A stretch of DNA of 64,000 bases from Malacoraja senta (GCA_038087875.1 JAXLNO010002420.1:1-64000), one strand, 5' to 3'; positions 34,846 to 49,070 are shown, counted from the stretch's first letter. Translations and numbers: made by a program. Notes: generated from the letters alone by a model not told the origin.

Positions 34846-35564
34846 GACTGCCCCTGTTCTGACTATCTATCCTATCTATACCTCTCATAGTTTTATGTAC
34901 TTCTATCCGGTGTCCCATCAAACTCCGGCATTGTAGCGGAAGCAATCCATGTCTGTCCATATGTTTCATGTAGCCAACACACCCTAGTTGAGGCATCATT
35001 CTTGTAAACCTCTGCACCCTTTCCAATGCCTCTACATCCTTTATGTAATGGGTCAACAAAAACTACACATAATACTCCAAATGTGGACTACCCAGCCCTA
35101 TAAAACTGTATTATGACTTCCTGTCTCTAGAAACCCAAGATTCAACCCCAAGATCTCTCTGTAGATTAATGCTGTTAAGGGTCTTGCCAATAACTGTATA
35201 CTTTTCCTTTACATTCGACCACTCAAAGTGTAACATACTTGCTCAAAATGAACTCCATTTGCAATTTTCTGCCCATTTCTGTATCTGATGTATTTCCCAT
35301 TGTACACTTGGGCAGCCTTCTTCACTGTTCGCAACTCCATCAATGTTGGTGGCGCCTGCAAACTAACTAACCAACCCAACCACTGGGTGGCGCCAGCAAT
35401 GGCTGTCTCGCCAACAGTCTGTCTGTCCCTTCCTTCTTTGTGTTTTAACAGTTTGTGTTAAATCAGGGGTTGGCAACCTACGGCCCAGATCCGGTCTGTA
35501 ACTCGAAATCATCCGGCACGCAGGCGTAACACAAAACACACACAACACTTATCCGAGAGTAGTT

Positions 35565-35597
<33 letters not shown>

Positions 35598-35628
35598 CCA
35601 ATTCCATATCACAATACCTGTCGACTCA

Positions 35629-35944
35629 AGGGCCTGTCCCACTGTACGAGCTAATTCAAGAGTTCTCCCGAGTTTCCCATGATTCGAACTCGGAGAATTA
35701 CAGTAATAGCCGCTCGTAGGTACTCGGGGCTCTCGTGGACATTTTTCAACACGTTTAAAAATCTTCACGAGTCTTCACGAGCTTACCGCGTTTCCTGAGT
35801 ACATGCCGTTAGCATTACGAGCCACTAAGAGACGTCCCGAGCTCCGACGTACCCGCTACGTACATTCTACGTACTTACCACGAGTTTGATTTTTTTTTAA
35901 CTCGGGAGAGCTCTTGAATTACCTCGTACAGTGGGACAGGCCCT
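35629..35944. mobile_element. MITE with long TIRs, Harbinger-like
   Basis: TIRs of about 45 bp (AGGGCCTGTCCCACTGTACGAG.TAATTCAAGAG.TCTCCCGAG). Flanks TCA and TAA resemble a 3-bp TWA TSD with one mismatch. Confidence 0.72.
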
Positions 35945-38699
35945 TAAATCTTTCTCCCCGTCCCTACCCTTCCACCCCCTCTTCCATCCTCCCGACCACC
36001 CGAAGTGAAAGCGCCCCCCCCCCCCCACCTCGGTGCTGCGGCTTGTGTGAAACTGCAGCGGGATGAGAGCGACTTCGACAACGCTGTGCTGGAGCGGTTT
36101 CTTCGGGAGCCCAGCGGTGGACGGGCTGGAGGAAAACAAAGCATCAGCGAGGTCGGTGAGCAATTCCGCTCCGGCCACAGTGTTGCACTTTAGTCGTATT
36201 TGTCCCGGGGGTAATTGTCTTTTTGTTACGATTTTTTAAAACTATAATTAATTAATTATTAACTATGGTGACAGATGTGGCCCTCCATCCACTCACAGAC
36301 ATGGGTCCTGGCTCCTATGCAGAACAAGGATGCTGACCCATGTGTTAAATGTATGTTTTTAGTGTTCTTTAGCTTGTTTTACGTGGGGTGGGGTGTGGGG
36401 TTGGGGGAAACCTTTTCTAATATCTTACCTCGATGGAGATGCGATTTTTTTCTGTATCGTATCTCGGTCCGCACTGCAGCCTAACATCCAGGAGTTGCCG
36501 TCCTTTGGTGGAGGCCGACTTTTGACAGCTCCACCACGGGAGCCTGCGGAGTTACCATCACGCAGCTCACAATCTCTTTGCCAGGGATCGACCTCGGAGC
36601 TCCAACTGTGGGTGCTTGCGGACTTAACATCACGGAGCTCGCGGTCTCTGGTCAGAGACCGACCTCGGGAGCTCCAAGCCGCAGGTGCTTTGACCACCCC
36701 AACACAGGAGCTTCTATCGCCTTGACACAGGTGCTTCAACTGCCCCGACCGCGGGAGAATAAAAAGAAAGAAGATTGGACTTTTTTGCCTTCCATCACAG
36801 TGAGTAATGTGGGAATCTGCCGTGGTGGATGTTTATGTTAACTTTTATGTCATTGTGTCTTGTTGCTTGTCTTGGGCCAGGGGTGGGATCCAGTACAGGC
36901 AACGCCAACAACTTTAATGACAATCAAAATAAGAATGCAAGGAAACAACAAGAGATCCAATCAGAACATAGACACAACATGCTGGAGTAACTCGTCGGGA
37001 CAGGCAGCATTTCTGAAGAGAAGGAATGGGTGACATTTTGGGTCGAGACCCTTCTTCAGGCTGATGTCAGGGGAATGGGAGGTCGATAGATAAGGATGTG
37101 GATAGATAAGGAAGTGTAAGATGTGAAAACAGGACAAAGGGAATGGAGATCAAGGAAAATGTAGCAGCAAAGGAAAGAGATAAAGAAGGGAGACTCTCGG
37201 AAAAGATTGACAAGGGGGGAGATCTGCTACATAGTGAGAAGCTGTGGTAAATATATCACCTTTATTTAACAGCAAGCTGCTTCGATAAACAAATAAGTAA
37301 CAAGCCAACAGATGGTTACACTGATAAAGTTATACCAACAAGGGTGTTTGCAGGTTCAAGTGCAACATAAACTCTGGCCTTGAAGTATGATACTGTTTGG
37401 TTGGTTTCTGTGTGCGTACACAATGAGATTCTTTACAATGTAAATCAGAATATGAAAAACGGAGAAAAAAGTAAAATATATAGATTCATTCTTGTAAAAC
37501 CTTTCACAACATTTTAAAAACATTTAGAACCACTGAGTATTTCTTGAAATGTAAACACTATTGAATGAATAAACAGAGAACATTGAGCAGGATCACACAG
37601 GGATAAGCCCTAGCATCACAACGTCTGTGCTGGCTATGTTGCCTTTACAAACTAATCCCATCTTCCTGCACATTGTCTATCCAGACTGAAGAAGGGCATC
37701 GATCCAAAACATCACCCAGTCCTTCTCTCCTGAGATGCTGCCTTTCCCGCTGAGTTACTCAAGATTTGTGTGTCTACCTTTGGTTTAAACCGGCATCTGC
37801 TGTTCCTTTCCACACACCCCTTCATTTCCTCTCTGTTCACATGTCACGACCCAAGAGAGACAAGAGAAAGCTTCTTTAATGAAATGTCTAATTAAATGTT
37901 CCAACAACAGAACAATTACATTATTACATGCAGCAGCCTAACAGGCCCATAAACAGAGTATAAATAGATAAACAAGAAAATAATAAAAATAAAAAATAAA
38001 AGAGCCACTGTGTGGCGCGACAGTCAAAATCAATTTATTAGTTAACATAAAACATAGAGCAGTACCACATACATGCCTGTTTAAATGCCTTTAAACATTG
38101 CTATCATATCTGTTTCCACTACTTCCTCTGACAGCATGCTCCAAGCACCCACCACTCTCTGTGTAAAAAATCATTTAAGATTTACTCCTCTCTACTCTGT
38201 GTCTCTCATAATTATATATACTTCCATCAGGTGTCCCCCACCCCCCTCATATTCCAACTCCACAAGAGCAAATGATCTAAGTTTGTCCAACCTGTCCTCA
38301 CCGCTGACACTCTCAAACACTGCTTTCAATTTTCATTCAAAGGGAAATGTGATGAGCGACAGATGATCTGTGTTCTTCGGTGGTATCAACTGCAAGATAA
38401 ATATCAATGAGGATTCTGGGATTAACCTGTATTCCTTAAATAACGTTTTGGGATTATTTTTTAGAGGGCTGAAATATATATCAGTCCATTCAGCCCAGCG
38501 AATCCACACCAGTCATTGACCATCCGTTCACACCAGTTCAGAGTTATCACATTTATGCATCACATTTTGACTTCACGGAGGCCAATTAAGCAACAAGCCA
38601 GCATGTGGTGTACGAGGAAGCTGGACCACCTGGAGGTAGCCAGCGCAGTCACAGGGGGAAGGTGCAAACTCCACACGGACAGTACTTGAGGGCAGGATC

Positions 38700-39255
38700 A
38701 AGGCCAGGTCATAAGGAATGGGTGTAGAATTAGGCCATTCGGCCCATCTAGTTCACTCCACCATTCAATCATTACTGATCTATCTCTCCCTCCTCACCCC
38801 AATTCTCCTGCCTTCTCCCCATAACCTCGGACACTTGTACCAATCAAGAATCTATCTATCTTCGACTTAAAAATATCCAGACGGCCTCCACAGCCTTCTG
38901 TGGCAACAAATTCCATGGATTTGCCACCCTCTGCCTTAAGAAATTTCTCCTCATCTTCCTAAAAGAACGTCCTTTAAATCTGAGGCTATGGCCTCCAGTC
39001 CTAGACTCTCTCACTAGTGGATACATCCTCTCCACATCCACTCTATCCAAACCATTCACTATTCTGTAGGTTTTAATGAGGTCCCCCCTCATTCTTCTAA
39101 ACTCCAGAGAGTACAGACCCAGTGCTAACAAATGTTCATGATAGGTTAATCTACTCATTTCTGGGATCATTGTTGTAAACCTCCTCTGGACCCTCTCCAG
39201 AGCCAGCACATCCTTTCTCAGATATAGTGCCCAGAATTGCTCACAATATTCTCTA
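38700..39255 (-). mobile_element. CR1 3' fragment
   Basis: ORF 38856..39341: EYCEQFWALYLRKDVLALERVQRRFT...RRMRGDLIKTY. Confidence 0.82.
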
Positions 39256-41402
39256 GCACTGAGGGAGCAGCTCTGCCAGTTGTGCCATTGTGCCGGCCTG
39301 GTAGTATTTTGTTTTAACATGTGGTTGTAAAATTGCATCACAAACTCTGCAGAACGTCCCGTATAGCACTAGATTCCACTGGTGTTTCTTTGGTGGGATA
39401 TTGACCCGTGGCTCTCTGACTGAGAATGGAGATATGCTGTGGCTGACACCGCATGAAAAAAATGTTTTGCACACAACTCACAGTTACTTCTTGCCTGGGT
39501 GGATAGAGCCCGCAGCGGGGGCTTGGGTCAGTGCCACAAAGGTGTCCGGAGAGGACCCGGCAGCGTTAATGAAAAGGCCAGTGTGGCGGTCGATGATGGC
39601 GCCGACCAATGGACGAGAACGGACTCGTGGAATTGAGGACGCCGCTGCTGAGGGAAGGAGCAAAGGAGGACCCGGCGTGGGGGACGGAGATTTGTAACTT
39701 TGTAAACGCCCTTTATGAGCAAATATTTCCATACCTTGTGTGTGCAAGCAAAGAATGTCACTGAGACTTGTCACATGTGACAATAAAGTATTCAATTCAA
39801 TTCAATCAACAGCCACCTCTCATAATCTATTGATAACAGGCCTTTTGTTACAAGATGGCATTCTCTGGAAAGGCGTAGGTTATTTAAAAATGTTTTAATC
39901 AATTTCTCTGATACAAGTGCACTGACCTCTTGTTCTGCTTTAGCTGTAAGTAGACACACTCTCTACAATACCTTTCTCACACGACCGAACTTTGAGGATC
40001 AGTTTGCACATGGTATGTTTGAGAGCTATTTCCATTTACTGGGAGACATCACAGCCTAGCCTGAACTAGACTGCATGCTACTCTATAGTTAATGGTGAGA
40101 TCAAGGCTTTTTGTCTGTCAGTCTGATATTGATTACAGTTGAATTCAGGAAACCCAATACCAAACACAGCCTTTCACAAGGAAAAGCAAACAAATTGTGG
40201 CATTTACTTCAAGAAATACTCACACTCCCTATTGGACAATGTTAATGAATTCTGCTTTCAAACAATGAGTTCAAACCATGCTAAACAAGTCCAAGGAATT
40301 CTTAATGTAAACAAAGGAACTGCAGATGCTGGTTTAAGCTGAAGATAGACACAAAATGTTGTAGTAACTCAGAGGCACAGGCAGCAGCTCTGGATAGAAG
40401 GAATGGGTGATGTTTTGGGTTGAGATCCTTTGGGGAAAAAATCATCCTGGCCTATGTGTAAATCGCATGTCAATGAGAATGGAGATGTTGACTGAAATGT
40501 GAGTCAGTGGGATTTGGATGGAAATGTGAATGCACAAAATTTTAAAGTAGTCTATTGGATCTGAACACATCTTGGTCTGAAGTAGGGTCTCGACCCACAA
40601 TGTCACCCATTCCTTCTCTCCAGAGATGCTGCCTGTGTGTTACTCCAGCATTTTGTGTCTCTCTCCCGTGTAAACTGGCATCTGCAGTTCCTTCCTACAC
40701 ATTTGGTATGTGAATCAGTATTGTGTGAATGGATAATTTTTTGAATGGGTATAAGCTTCAGAATGGTGTTGGTGGGGGCATTTTTGAATGGGGTATGTGA
40801 TTCAGAATGGTGTGAATGGAGGAATTTTTGAACGGGCATGTGATTCAAAATGGTGTGAACAGATCAAGTTTATCAATGACAGATACATTTATGCAATTAA
40901 TCTATATTTATCATATCTAATTTTATAACATAAATATGAACCAAATTGAATTAATTACGTTCCACCCTGTTACTTGATCTTTTAGATAGTTGAGAAGGTA
41001 TTGAAAGAGTTCCTTGTTCACTCAAGAACCCAGGCAATAGTGGACAGTTTATCAGCAAACACTTGGCCCAGTGCCTGAGGTGCTCCAGTCACTAAGTGAT
41101 GGAAATGTATTTGTCATTCCACAAATCTCACATTGTGTAAGAGGTTAGGGTTGGAGTCTCAGCCCAACAGATCAGTCAGAAGAGGTACAGGAACAGAGGC
41201 AGGGTGAATGTGTGATTTGTAGACTATCAGATACAGAATATTACAGGTCAGGAACTCACCCTTTGGCCCACAATGTATATGCCGAATATAATGCCAAGAT
41301 AAACTGACCTAGTCGAATGCAAACAGAAATTTTACATTCGATGAACACTTTCACATCATACAACCCATCTCCAATGAAAATTATCTCCTTCCTTCCATGA
41401 CT

Positions 41403-42620
41403 TTTAGTTATGGAGTCATAGAGTGATACAGTTTGGGAACAGGCCCTTCAGCCCAACTTGTCCACACTGGGCAACATGTCCCAGCTACACTAGTCCCACC
41501 TGCCTGCCTTTGGTCCATATCCCTCCAAACCTGTCATATCCATGTACATGTCTAACTGTTTCTTAAACGAGGGGATTGTCCCAGCCTCAATTACCTCCTC
41601 TGGGAGCTTGTTCCATACACCCACCACACTTTGTGTGAAAACGTTACCCTTCGGATTCCTATTAAATCTTATCCCATTGACCTTGAAACTATGTCATCTG
41701 GTCCTCGATTCCCCTACTCTGGGCAAAAGACTCTGTGCATCTACCCGAACTATTCCTCTGATGGTATTGTATACCTCTTACAAGATCACCCCTCATCCTC
41801 CTGCGCTCCAAGGAATAGAGACCCAGCCTACTCAACCTCTCCCTATAACTCACACCCTCTAGTCCTGGCAACATCCTTGTAAATCTTTTCTGACCAGTTT
41901 CAAGCTTGACAATATCTTTCCTATAACATGGTGCCCAGAACTGAACACAATATTCTAAATGCGGTCTCACCAACATCTTATACAACTGCAACATGACCTC
42001 CCAACTTCTGTACTCATTATTCTGACTGATGAAGGCCAATGTGCCAAAAGCCTTTTTGACCACCTTATCTACCTATGACTCGACCTTTAAGGAACCTTGC
42101 ACTTGTACTCCTAGATCCCTCTCCTCTCAACACTCCCCAGAGACCGACCATTTACTGTGTTAGACGTCCCAAAAAGCAACACCTCACACTTCTCTGTATT
42201 AAATTCCATCAACCATTCCTCGGCCCACTGGCCAATCGATCCAGATCCTGCTGCAATCGTTCACAACCATTGTCTACCTGCAACCGTTCACAACCATCTT
42301 CACTATCTGCAAAACCACTCCCTTTTGTATCATCAGCAACCTTGCTAATCTTGCCCCGTATTATATCATCCAAATCAATTATGTAGATGACAAACAGTAA
42401 CGGGCCCAGCACCGAACCCTGAGTCACACCACTAGTCACACGCCTCCAATCAGTGAAGCAACCTTCCACCATCACCCTCTGCTTCCTTCCATGGAGCCAT
42501 TTGCTATCCATTCAGCTATCTCTCCTTGGATCTCATGTGATCAAATCTTCCAGAGCAGCCTACCATGCGGAGCCTTTTCGAATACCTTTCTGAAATCCAT
42601 GTACACAACATCTACAGCTC
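41403..42620 (-). mobile_element. CR1 LINE 3' fragment, about 1.2 kb
   Basis: ORFs 42209..42511 (GVTQGSVLGPLLF, ADDTK) and 41689..42063 (LVRPHLEYCVQFW), with 3' UTR and tail. Confidence 0.88.
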
Positions 42621-43744
42621 TGTAGAGCTTCCACAGCTTGAGTTGTGCAAAGTCATGGAGAACACATCTCCAGTCAGTCAGCTAATTTCCATTGTGTTCA
42701 GTGTGTTGGACTGAGGGAAAAATGGGATTAAAGGATGAGATTCTTTCTCCAGTTGCTGTGATACATTGTAAATGGATCGATTGTAATGTGTACGAAGGAA
42801 CTGCAGATACTGGTTTAAACAGAAGATAGTCATAAAAAAGCTGGAGTAACTCAGCGGGGCAGGCAGCATCTCTGGAGAGAAGAATTGAAGAAAGTCTCAA
42901 CCTGAAACGTCACCCATTCCTTCTCTCCAGAGATGCTGCCTGTCCTGCTGAGTTACTCCAGCTTTATGTGTCTATCTTCAGATCGATTACAATCATGTAT
43001 TGACTTTCTGCTGACTGGTTAGCACACAACAAAAGCTTTTCACTGTAAACAGCTTTCACTATTTCACAATAAACTAAACTGAACTGAGACTATTAATACT
43101 TCATACCTGTGCATAAACCTGGGCAAATGAATTTTAAAATAATTCTTGTCTATAACCTGCTTATGTATTCAAGTGACAGTGGGTGCATTGATTCAATGGT
43201 TCAATGGTACTTTATTGTCACATATACCTGGGTTCAGTGAAATTACTTTTTGCCTACAGTTCTGTCAAACATTTACAATACACAAGGACAATCATACTTT
43301 AGTACAAGACTACAGGAAATATAGATTACATTGAGACAATACACAATTTGTATTGATTTCCACTAACATTTTGCATAAATCAAAACTCCAAAGTTATAAA
43401 CAATGTAGAGATTTAACTTGACCTGATAACCTATTGCTTTGGTGGCAGCACCGGTTTGGAGCTGCAGGGTTTAGCCCACAATGTTTGGTATTAGTGTAAA
43501 GTTCACAATATCAGGATTATTCTTGCATGGAACAGACACTGGTCCACAACCCCAACTTGAATCTGATTTCATGAATTAATTGGCCATTGTACACTTGGCC
43601 AGACATTCCTTATCAAGATTACCATAAGGGACAACCTGCCCTGCCAATGTTACCTCAAAGTGACTATGAGTGTGGTGAACATGGATTGACTTGGAAAGTT
43701 TCCTGAAAGATCAGCACACATTGAAATGATAACGCAATCAACTG

Positions 43745-44045
43745 TTATTCGATGCACAGAGACTTTGCCCAGAGTAGGGGAATCGAGGACCAGAGGACAT
43801 AGGTTCAAGGTGAAGGGGAAAAAGATTTAATAGGAATCCGAGGGTCAACATTTTCACACAAAGGCTGGTGGGTGTATGGAACAAGCTGCCAGAGGAGGTA
43901 GTTGAGGCTGGGACTATCCTATCCTTTAAGAAACAGTTAGACAATCGCAGGCAAGTGGGACCAGTGTAGTTGGGACATTGTTGGCCGGTGTGGGCGAGTT
44001 GGACCGAAGGACCTGTTTCCAAACTGTATCACTCTATGACTCTAT
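43745..44045 (+). mobile_element. CR1 3' end fragment
   Basis: gaggaccagaggacataggttcaaggtgaagggg...gtatcactctatgactctatga tail. Confidence 0.75.
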
Positions 44046-45089
44046 GATATTATTAATAAAATTAATTAACAACAATCAAGTAGATTGTTTGAAGCTGTTC
44101 CCATTCCTTATGCAGATCCAAGTAACCCAATCAAGGTAAATCAATGTTAGGTGCCTGGAAGATGTGGAGTACTCAATAATCAAGATCTGGTACTTTAGTG
44201 ACCTTCCTTCCATTATAAAGTCAAAAGTGATTGTCTGTTGTTGATTGCACAATGCTCGATTTCATTTCCTCATTTATTCACTGCACCACAAGCTTCAACC
44301 AGTGACAAAACACACTGCAGATACGTGTCATCTAGTCCATCAGAACATTCCAAACTCAACATCTCAAGCACAAGAACAACAAGGTCAGCAGATGTGTGGG
44401 AACCTGACCTGGGATCCATCCTGACTTAGAAATGAATCACCATTTGTTCATAATTGAGTTTGGTTTAGAGATATGTCATGCCAGCAGTTCGAAATAAACA
44501 GGTCGGGAGAGGGTAGAAGGCTGGCACAGGGGGTCAAAGAGGATGGGGTTTGTAGGATAAGGAGGACTGTGTTTTCACCGGGAGGTGAGGACTCCTTCCC
44601 GTAGAAAAAGGCTTGGAGGCGGAGGCAACTGAAGAAGATCTCTACATCATGGTGAGCCCTGAATTTGTTGAGGTGGGGGCGTAGGGATACAAAGATAAGG
44701 CCTCAGTTGAAGACTGACTGTTCTGTATCAGAAGGAAGTCGGGGGGGAAGGACCCCGGAGAGCTTTACTGTATATTGTCGGGGCCAGCAGCGTAGAGGCC
44801 CAAGGCCGGAAAAGGGGCTTGCAAACCATGTGTTGATGTCTTTGGCCGACTGGTGGCCGGTGAAGAGGCGAGGATCGGCGGAGTCAATGGGCCCACGAGT
44901 GGCTAGAGTACAGGTAAAGGTTGGCGGCAAACATGGCCTGGAAGCTTTGTGGGCCGATGGTGGCATGATCAACAGTGTCAGTAGGTCAGGCCTGGAAGCT
45001 CCATTAACCATTCTTCAGCCCACTTGTCTCACTGATCACGATCCAGCTGTAATTTTTGATAACTATGTTCACTGTTTATGATACCAACT

Positions 45090-45845
45090 AGGTCAATGTC
45101 ATCTGCAAAGTTTCTAATCATGCCGCACATTTTCATCTAAGTTGCTTATATAAACCACAATCAGCAATGGGCCCAGCACTGATCCCTGAGGGACACCTCT
45201 AGTCACAGGCCTCCAGTGTGAAAAGCACTTCCACTATCACCCTATGCTTCCATGAACGTAATTCTTTGTTTAGGCAGCTAGTTCTCCCTGAATTCCATGA
45301 GCTCTAATCATCCAGAGCAGCCTACCATGCAGAAACTTATCAAAGGCCTTGCTAAAGACCATATGTACAATGTCTATGACCTTATCATCATCAACCTTCT
45401 TGGTTACTTTTTCCAAAAACTACCAGATTGGCGATGCATGATCTCCCACGTACAAAACCACACTGACCAGCCCCTGTCTCTACAAATGCATATTTACCCT
45501 ATCTCTCAGAATCCTGTCCAGTAACTTACCTACTGCAGATTGTAGGCCCACTGATTTATAGTTTCTAGGCTATGCCCTGTAGTCCTTCTAACAATGATTC
45601 ATATCTCTCAGTCAGGGCGCTTGCAATTTTTTCTCTAGCTCCCCACAGTGTCCTCTGATATATCTGATCAGGTCTGGGTGAATTATCTACTTTCATATGT
45701 CTTAGGATGTCCAGCACATCATCGGCCATAACACGGACTGTCCTCCAGACATCTCCATTTCCTGTTGCAAGCTCCCTCATCTTCAAATCTTTCTCCACAG
45801 TAAAAACAGGGGAGAAATACTCATTGAAAATCTTGCTCATCTCAT
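45090..45845 (-). mobile_element. Degenerate CR1 RT fragment
   Basis: ORF 45565..45840 (NEYFSPVFTVE...DNSPRPDQIY) plus degenerate neighbouring RT sequence. Confidence 0.7.
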
Positions 45846-45939
45846 GCAGCTCCTCACAGAGATGACAGCTTTTATTTTCTGAGTGGATTTATTCTTTATC
45901 AAGTTACCCTCATTCATTTAATATAGGAGCGAAGAAGAC

Positions 45940-46990
45940 TGTAAAAACTTGTGAACACTGCCCAGTCCATCACGGGTTCTGACCTCCCCACCATCGAAGG
46001 AAGCTCAAAAAGGCAGCAAGGATCATCAGAGACCCACACCACCCTGGCCACACACTTATTTCACCCCTGCCATAGGGTAGAAGGTACAGGAGCCTGAAAA
46101 TTGTAACGTCAGGTTCAGCAATAACTTCTACCCTACAGCCTTTAGGCTATTAAACACTACAGCCTTAAACAAGCTCTTAACTACATAGACTATTATTGTT
46201 ATTGTTGCACCATTATTGTTTGTTTTTTGTGTGTACATATGAGTGTGTGTGTGTGTGTATATATATATACGAATATGGTCTCTATATATGTGTATTTGTG
46301 AGTATGTGTATACATACACACCCAGATATTTTTATTTCATGTTTCTTATATTGTTTACAGTGTACTATGTTTACATATTCTGTTGTGCTGCTGCAAGTAA
46401 GAATGTCATTGTTCTATCTAGGACATCTCTATATAACTAAAAGTCTTTGGCTTGTTTGTGCCCACGATGTGTCTGTGTGTGTGTCAATCTGGTAAATTCC
46501 TGTCTTCTTCCTAATGCTAGGCCACAGCCTTCCTATTTTCACACATCTTACTCACATTTTTCCCGTGGTGGCAATAAACATCTTCCCATCACATTTCCCC
46601 CTATATTTCCGAAGTTATTAATCGTTAAATTTTAAAAACAGTTTGATTTCTTCAAACTCTTCCATTTTGGAAACAAAATCCGAGTGACTTCACAATGCAC
46701 TCGCGAGGCAGGACAGGGCCACTCCAGGAGGGACGGACACTCCAATGCTCCAACCCTCCTTCCCCCCTCCCCACCCCCCTCCAGTGCACCAATCACGATG
46801 GGCTCTCAAGCTGCCGAGTGCCACACCCCCTGCCCCCTCCCCCTCATCATGATTAAAGTGTTTTTTTAAGCCAAACGGGTTGCGTTGGGGGAACGGGTGA
46901 GTGCTGGAATATTGCGTTGGGGGAGCAGACCCAACGGGTCTGCACTTGGTCTGGTATGACAATAAAACAATATTGATTCTTGAATGTACA
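45940..46990 (+). mobile_element. Rex1/Babar-like LINE 3' end, split by a Helitron
   Basis: The RT-end and 3' UTR sequence gctgcaagtaagaatgtcattgttctatctaggaca|tatgacaataaaac becomes continuous once 46426-46954 is removed; compare the uninterrupted version near 26255-26330. Confidence 0.65.
46426..46954 (+). mobile_element. Non-autonomous Helitron, 529 bp
   Basis: 5' TC, 3' CTGG (CTRR), subterminal hairpin GCAGACCC-aac-GGGTCTGC (46925-46943), inserted between A (46425) and T (46955) with no TSD. Confidence 0.8.
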
Positions 46991-48199
46991 TAAAGTATCT
47001 TTGGATTCTTCTTTGCCAGAGTTGACAACAAAATTGATAAGTATATTAGGTAATGATAATTGTTATCTAAGATTACAAAATAATGTTGATCAACCGGAAA
47101 GGTATGGAGGTGAGGGGATGGGAGGTGAGGGGGGGGGAGGAATGCCAGTTGAAATCTAACTCAAACAAGTGTGATTTGATGCATTTTGGGAATTCAAATC
47201 ATGACTGGCCAAATCTATTGCAGGATTGTAAATGGAGCTGTACCTTGGTGTACAATTACATAGTTCCCTGAAAATGGCATCATAGTTTGATAGGGTAGTG
47301 AAGGGAATATATGTCTGAAGAATCGCCTCAATCCAAAACGTCACCCATTCCTTCTCTCCAGAAATATTGCCGCTGAGTCTCTCTAGCTTTTTGTGTCTAT
47401 CTTCGGTTTACATTAGCATCTGCTGTTCATTCCTACACAGAGTATATGTTGTGCCTTGTTTCCTCAGCCATGGTACTGAGGACTAGGGTTGGGGTGTCGT
47501 GTTACAGTTGTACAGAATGTTGAACAGGCAACCATTAATCTGTCCAGGGGCTCAGCTGATTTGTTGCACAATAGACTCTAATCCAAGTTCTGAACTCCGA
47601 AAAGAAAATCAAGAAATTCAAGTTGCCACTCATCCAGGGACTGAATAACAAAACACATCTTAGTGTTGCTTATCTGGCTTGAGAACTCTTAACATTGATC
47701 TATTTTGCTTCATACTGTAGTCCAGTTAATAAACTGGTCATCCCCAGACATCCTGTGTCCACACTTTCCCAAGGGCACCTCACCTATTTTCAGCTCTGCT
47801 CTCAACAAGTATCAATCACATTATCCCTCTCTCTATCTATCATCTCTCTCCATCTCACTATATATATCTCTCTCTCTCTATCTCCCTATTTCCCTCCATC
47901 TATTTATCTCTCCATCTCTCATCCCTCAGCTCTATCTCTCTTTCCTTCATCTCTTTCATTTCTGCAAATTGAAATCATTAATCAGTCTGAGAGCACTGTG
48001 TGTGACTGAATGACATCAGAGCATCAGTCCCTGAGGCATACCACTGGTCACAGGCTTCCTATGTAAAAAAACAACCCTCCACTACCACTCTCTGACTCCT
48101 ACCACCAAGCCAACTTTGTGTCCAATTGACTAGCTCACCCTGGATCCCATGTTTTCCAACCTAATGGACCAGCCACCCATGTGGGGCCTTGCTGAAGGA

Positions 48200-48510
48200 T
48201 GGCATGGTGGCATAGTCGTAAGGCTACTGCATTACAGTGCCAGAGATCTGGGTTCAATCCTGACTACAAGTGCTTTTCTATATGGAGTTTGTACGTTCTC
48301 TCCGTGACCTGCGTAGGTTTTCTCCAAGATCTTCGGTTTCCTCCCACACTCCAAAGACGTACAGGTTTGTACGTTAATTGGCTTGGTATAAAAGGTAAAA
48401 TTACCCCTAGTGTGTGTAGGGTAGTGTTAAAATGTGGGGATCGCTGGTCGGTGCAGGCCCGGTGGGCTGTTGGGTCTGTTTCCTCACTGTATCTCTAAAC
48501 TAAACTAAAC
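48200..48510 (+). mobile_element. V-domain SINE (HE1-like)
   Basis: B-box gggttcaatcc, V core ggtttcctcccac, tail tgtatctctaaactaaactaaac. Confidence 0.8.
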
Positions 48511-48754
48511 ATAGACAACATCTGTCATCCAATCACACACTGGGCAATTTACAAAAATTCAATTAACCAACCAACTCGCATGTCTTTGAGATATAGGAGG
48601 AACGGAGCATTTGGTGGAAATCCACGTGTCATAGGGAGAACAAGAAAATGATACACGTTGTACCCGAGATCAGGATTGAATCCAAGTTGCTGTAGCAGAG
48701 GGGCACCAATTCTGCCAGTTGCCTCAATGTACTGCCTTTTAAAAAGAAAATTCA

Positions 48755-49070
48755 AAGCCTGTCCCAATGTACGAGGTAATTCAAGAGCTCTCCCGAGTTT
48801 TAAAAAAAATCAAACTCGTGGTAAGCACGTAGATGGTACGTAGCTGGTACGTCGGAGCTCGGGACATCTCCTAGCGGCTCGTAACGCTAACGGCAGGTAC
48901 TCGGGAAACGCGGTAAGCTCGTGAAGACTCGTGAAGATTTTTCAACATGTTGAAAAAAGTCCACGAGAGCCCCAAGTACCTACGAGCGGCTATTACCGTA
49001 ATTCTCCGAGTTCGAATCAGGGGAAACTCGGGAGAACTCTTGAATTAGCTCGTACAGTGGGACAGGGCCT
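48755..49070. mobile_element. Second copy of the Harbinger-like MITE, inverted relative to 35629-35944
   Basis: Same TIRs; the internal sequence is the reverse complement of the first copy. Confidence 0.72.

Noticed and set aside
35463-35520. CAGGGGTTGGCAACCTACGGCCC, resembling a hAT/Charlie end
   Set aside because: No partner TIR or TSD found, so it cannot be delimited as an element.
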